Positions 59,736 to 64,000 of a stretch of 64,000 nucleotides of DNA are shown one piece after another. The stretch lies in assembly GCA_002269645.1 (NCBI GenBank), contig NIVC01000166.1, forward strand, positions 1-64,000, written 5' to 3'. Positions within the stretch are counted from its first letter, which is position 1, and each line of letters opens with the position of its first letter. The position numbers and the translations under genes were made by a program. The stretch comes from Macrostomum lignano. Its lineage: Eukaryota. The notes below the pieces were generated by a model. It saw only the letters and a program-made list of their open reading frames with translations. It had not been told where the DNA came from and did no database searches.

Positions 59736-60235
59736 AGTCACTTAGAATGTAGGAAACGCTCTGATTCACAGAGCAACGGAGCTTTTCCTCAAAGACAAGA
59801 GACACCTGCCATAGTACGAGCGAGTCATCACAGCATCCCATTATTCCACATCAGATTGTTTGTGAAAGAAACCTTCTCAGTAAAAATACCTGTTGAAAGT
59901 CTTGCTAGACAGGTTGTCCACCATACTGACCTCCGCTGCAAACTGGACGCCTCAACCGTCTCGAACTTTCTGAATCCGTTGAAACTGATTTCAAAGTACC
60001 CTTCGTTTATTGGCTTCCTCGCCAATAGCAGCCCCCCCCCCCACTTTAGCGGGAAATCAGCGAAGGAGGTTCCCCCCGGACTTAAAAGTCATAAGATGAA
60101 CTTTTTGGCGCGTGAGAACCAGAAACTGGTGGAGGATTTGCAACCTAGAGGCACCAGAGAACAGAGCGATTCAGAGGCTTAAGAGAAACAGGTCCGTCCT
60201 AATCAAAAAGGGAGACAAAGGTGACGCAGTAGTCA

Positions 60236-60596
60236 GGGGGGCCGTAGCCCAGCGGTAGCGCAGCTGCTCTGGTGTGCCAGCGACCCAGGCTCGATTCCAA
60301 GTGCAGTCACATTAATTTGGGGCTGAATTGGAATCTCGGCTTGGTTCTGCTCGTGCAATTAACGGCCTTGAGAGCCAACCCCCCAAGGCGCAGTGAAGTG
60401 TACATGCCTAACGATAAAATAAAGTTAGGGCCGCTGTACACTCCTGTGTGAGTGTGTGCCTGCGTACGTATCCGCGCGCTTGTATGCCTGCTCAGGGGAG
60501 TCGGCGGAATGGGCAGCAATGCCTCTCGCCGGTTGTGTGCCTATGTCGCTTAAAGTGCGCCAGGGTGCACACAACCCCCCTGCCTCTAATAAAATA
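60236..60596 (+). mobile_element. tRNA-derived SINE (361 bp)
   Basis: Pol III A box TAGCCCAGCGG (60245-60255), B box GGCTCGATTCC (60288-60298), A-rich tail, 12-bp TSD ACGCAGTAGTCA (60224-60235, 60597-60608). Confidence 0.88.
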
Positions 60597-62184
60597 ACGC
60601 AGTAGTCATCATGCACCCTACGGATTATAAATTTGCAGCCTAAAACCAATTGCTTAACACTAATGCCTAACAACAGCTGGACCAGCCACTGCAACCCGAG
60701 ACTGCGGAAATTATCAGGGGATCTTCCTCGATTCACGTAACAAAAAGTTCATACCAGAGAAACAGTTCTCTTATCGTAGTCCCGGGAAGGATTTCCGTCA
60801 CCGGCATTTCTATACCTGCTCCCAAAAAATCACAAGTACCCGACCACCTGCATGGCTGATCCCTTTCCGGGTCCCAGCAGACAGACCTACTTGTTAGCGG
60901 ATGCAGTTCTGAGGCCATCGGGGGCAGAAAAATATTCATCGATATTTTCTTAAACCGATTACCCAATCGCAACCCACTTTCATTAAGGACTCCTACATGT
61001 ATGACTCCATATGTACAGAAGGATCGATTCTGGCTACCTGTGATGTCCAGAGCCTATACTCCATGATCCCCATAGACCAGGGATTGCAGCGATCCAGGTA
61101 TTCTTCAACCGATACCCGAACCCTACCAGACCGGATGCTGAGATAATAAAGCTACTGGAACTGTGTTTGTGCAGGAATCAATTCTTCTCCCACCTCGCCG
61201 TCAGCATCCGAATCAATATTAGCATCAGAATCTTTGCTTTTTGGAGGACTGCTCATTCTGATGTCTTTGCCTTTTTTCAATGCGAGGTCGTTTACCAGCT
61301 GGCTCCAGTACAACAAAGACGTTGCTTCACGTTGCGCATGCGATTATCACCACTGGGCAGTTATAGAGGCCACGTTCTTCCACTACAGCTATCGTGTTGG
61401 GCCGTTTGCTGACCCAAAACAACTTTGTTTATTATTTTTTTAATAGTTTTTATAGTATACTGGCGTTTCAGTGTTTACCTCGCAATAACGCCAACATTGA
61501 CAATATCCCCCCCCCCAATTGAGAACCCTTCACACCCTAACCCAAATACACATGGCCCCACCCCAACCCAAACCCTCCCCATTACGATTGACGATCTGAG
61601 TTAGTTTACATAGATTAAACCGTCAGTACATTTATATGCTCTTTGTAAAACATTGCGCTTGTAAACATGTTTGTGGGAACTAACAATTTCATTTAGCGCT
61701 GCTACATACACCAAAAGTGTTCGCAGAACTTTATAGGTTGTTTTTTGTTTTCGCCCTCCAGCAAGCCCCACCCCCGTCCATTGCCCACCCTCCCCGCACT
61801 TAACGGTTTTTTTATCTGTTTGTACCTGACCAACCTCTAATTATCACAACACTCCCCGCGGATTCCAACCCCCCCCCCAAGAAAATAGACGCGATTACTG
61901 ATTATTTCATTCAAAGTTTCAGTTATTACTATTGAGTAAGATCTTTTGAATATGCATAGAATTATTAATAAATGGATAGACAAACTATTTTTACGACGTA
62001 GTAACAGTGGCTTATTCAAAAGCAATTGCTTTTTCTAAGTGCATTTTGTTGTGCTTGAACAGAGTGGCGAGGTAGGAATGATATACGTTTGTGCAGCCCC
62101 TAAAATTCTTCAAACTTTCTCAGACATATTGTATCGATAATATTCCACAGGGGGTGCTGCTTAGTGCTTACCATTCATCTGACC

Positions 62185-63015
62185 AACCCCATGCTAGGCG
62201 CGCTGGGCCTCTCTAATTTCTCCAGTTCAACCGACCCGACTCGCACCCCTACCCCCTCACCCTGTTCATTGCGCGCTGGGCCTCTAATTTCTACAGTTCA
62301 ACCAACCCGACTCGCACCCCTACCCCCTCACCCTGTTCATTGCGCGCTGGGCCTCTAATTTTTCCACTTTAACCAACCCGACTCGCACCCCTACCCCCTC
62401 ACCCTGTTCATTGCGTGCTGGGCCTCTCTAATTTCTCCAGTTTAATCAACATGACTCGCACCCTACCCCCTCACCCTGTTCATTGCGCGCTGGGCCTCTC
62501 CAATTTCTCCAGTTTAACCAACCCGACTCGCACCCCTACCCCCTCACCCTGTTCATTGCGCGCTGGGCCTCTAAATTTTCCACTTTAACCAACCCGACTC
62601 GCACCCCTACCCTGTTCATTGCGTGCTGGGCCTCTCTAATTTCTCCAGTTTAATCAACATGACTCGCACCCCTACCCCCTCACCCTGTTCATTGCGTGCT
62701 GGGCCTCTCTAATTTCTCCAGTTTAATCAACATGACTCGCACCCCTACCCCCTCACCTTGTTTATTGCGCGCTGGCCTCCAGTTTAACCAACCCGACTCG
62801 CACCCCTACCCCTTCACCCTGTTCATTGCGCGCTAGGCCTCTCCAATTTCTTCAGTTCAACCAACCCGACTCGCACCCTTACCCCCTCACCCAGTTCATT
62901 GCGCGCTGGGCCTCTCCAATTTCTTCAGTTCAACCAACCCGACTCGCACCCTTACCCCCTCACCCTGTTCATTGCGAGCTAGGCCTCTCCAATTTCTCCA
63001 GTTCAACCAACCCGA
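62185..63015. repeat. ~70-73-bp tandem repeat, about 11 copies
   Basis: AACCCGACTCGCACCCCTACCCCCTCACCCTGTTCATTGCGCGCTGGGCCTCTCTAATTTCTCCAGTTCAACC variants. Confidence 0.92.
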
Positions 63016-64000
63016 CCTGCTAACTTTCCAGCCGACCCACCCCAACTCCTTGCACCGCCTCACCTCCACCACTCCCATCGCCACTCTGCCCTCGTATCTC
63101 CGCACTGTTCGGCGGGGTTCTGCTACAGCTAACCCATACTACTGAAGATATTTCTTAGAATCTGCAAGAGAGGTACTAAAACTTATAAACAGGCTTACAG
63201 GACCAACGATTAATCTAGGTCGGGTTCCCAAAGGGTTCCATCCCTGTGGCTGTGGGTCAGCGCCGTTGCTAATGCTGCGCCCATTCACCGCGCACGCTCT
63301 CTCCGCCCAGGGACTGCGACCGGCTTCAGTTATTTTTCATTTTCTCAGAGCCTGTCCTGCGGCTCCACGAGCATCATCTATGGCATCTCCTGTAACCAGT
63401 GCCACCCTGGGAAAATCCTATGTGTAGAGATGACAAAAGGACGATGAGAGACAGAATGGACCAGCATAGGTCACATTCTCACCCCCAACCACTCGATTGC
63501 AAGCATTGTCACCATTGCTATTTAGCAAGTTCTAAATAACAACAAAATCGAACTAAAGAAATAAGTCTGGATTAAAAAACTGGAGACTGACAAACAACCG
63601 GGTACGAATATCAGGGTTGACAACCATCTTCTCCGGCCCATCTCGCTGGTCCTTCCTTTTCAACCCATCTTCGGTCTGGCTCTCCAACTTCAACACCTGC
63701 ATTTCATTTAACCGTTGTACTTTAAAAAAAACTCTTTTTTTTTAATACACCAAATACTCTGTCAAATAAAAATAACTGGTTGAAAGCCTCTGGGACAAGG
63801 TAGAGCTAGATAGAACAGATCATTAGATGCACACCCATCATACATACAGCTCTCACCGATTTTATCAGTTCGACAAATCATATATGTACTTAAAAGGCAA
63901 ATTTTCATCGCATTTATTTACGATTACGATTACGATTACGATTACGATTTATTTACGCATTCATTTACGCATTCAAATACGCTATTTATTGATCTGACGA

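Larger units (their letters stand above)
59760..63700 (+). mobile_element. Decayed Penelope-like element (RT + GIY-YIG), interrupted by a SINE and a repeat-bearing insert
   Basis: IKKGDKGDAVV/IMHPTDY (split by the SINE), YLLPKNHK, IFLKPI..FIKDS, DVQSLYSMIP, IFAFW; then GFHPCGC and CGSTSIIYGISCNQC..RMDQHR, WIKKLET at ~63230-63600. Many frameshifts. Confidence 0.85.

Noticed and set aside
59047-59841. Gly/Glu/Arg-rich and Pro/Ser-rich ORFs of 160-260 aa
   Set aside because: Translations of the 13-bp purine array, open in several frames on both strands.
60236-60310. Functional tRNA gene
   Set aside because: A and B boxes are present but I cannot form a proper acceptor stem or cloverleaf. It is the head of a TSD-flanked SINE.

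Overview
Repeat-rich eukaryotic (metazoan) genomic DNA with no prokaryotic features. Its style (a minisatellite in almost every intron, TTAGGG tracts, dense nested TEs) suggests a flatworm such as Macrostomum; this is inference only. There are three spliced host genes: a SMARCD/BAF60 SWI/SNF subunit (+, 5 exons, 22936-37923), an RNF38/44-like RING-H2 E3 ligase (+, 4 exons, 45998-49361) and a MATE/SLC47 transporter (-, 9 exons, 51538-58613). Mobile DNA: a full-length Ty3/Gypsy LTR retrotransposon (347-9792, GTAC TSD, tRNA-Gln PBS) with a solo LTR nested in its 3' LTR; a complete KDZ (Kyakuja-Dileera-Zisupton) DNA transposon (10088-20011, ~250-bp TIRs, 6-bp TSD); a hAT and a mariner in SMARCD introns; a mariner-type non-autonomous element holding a Mutator-like foldback; a decayed Gypsy in a MATE intron; and a decayed Penelope-like element holding a tRNA-derived SINE. 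The most striking observation is a cold-shock (CSD/Unr-like) RNA-binding domain fused in frame between the Gag CCHC knuckle and the protease of the Gypsy element. Next come the apparently intact, intron-containing KDZ transposon and two pairs of mutually complementary intronic minisatellites in SMARCD, one bracketing exon 2 and one inside intron 2. All exon boundaries were read by eye and are predictions.
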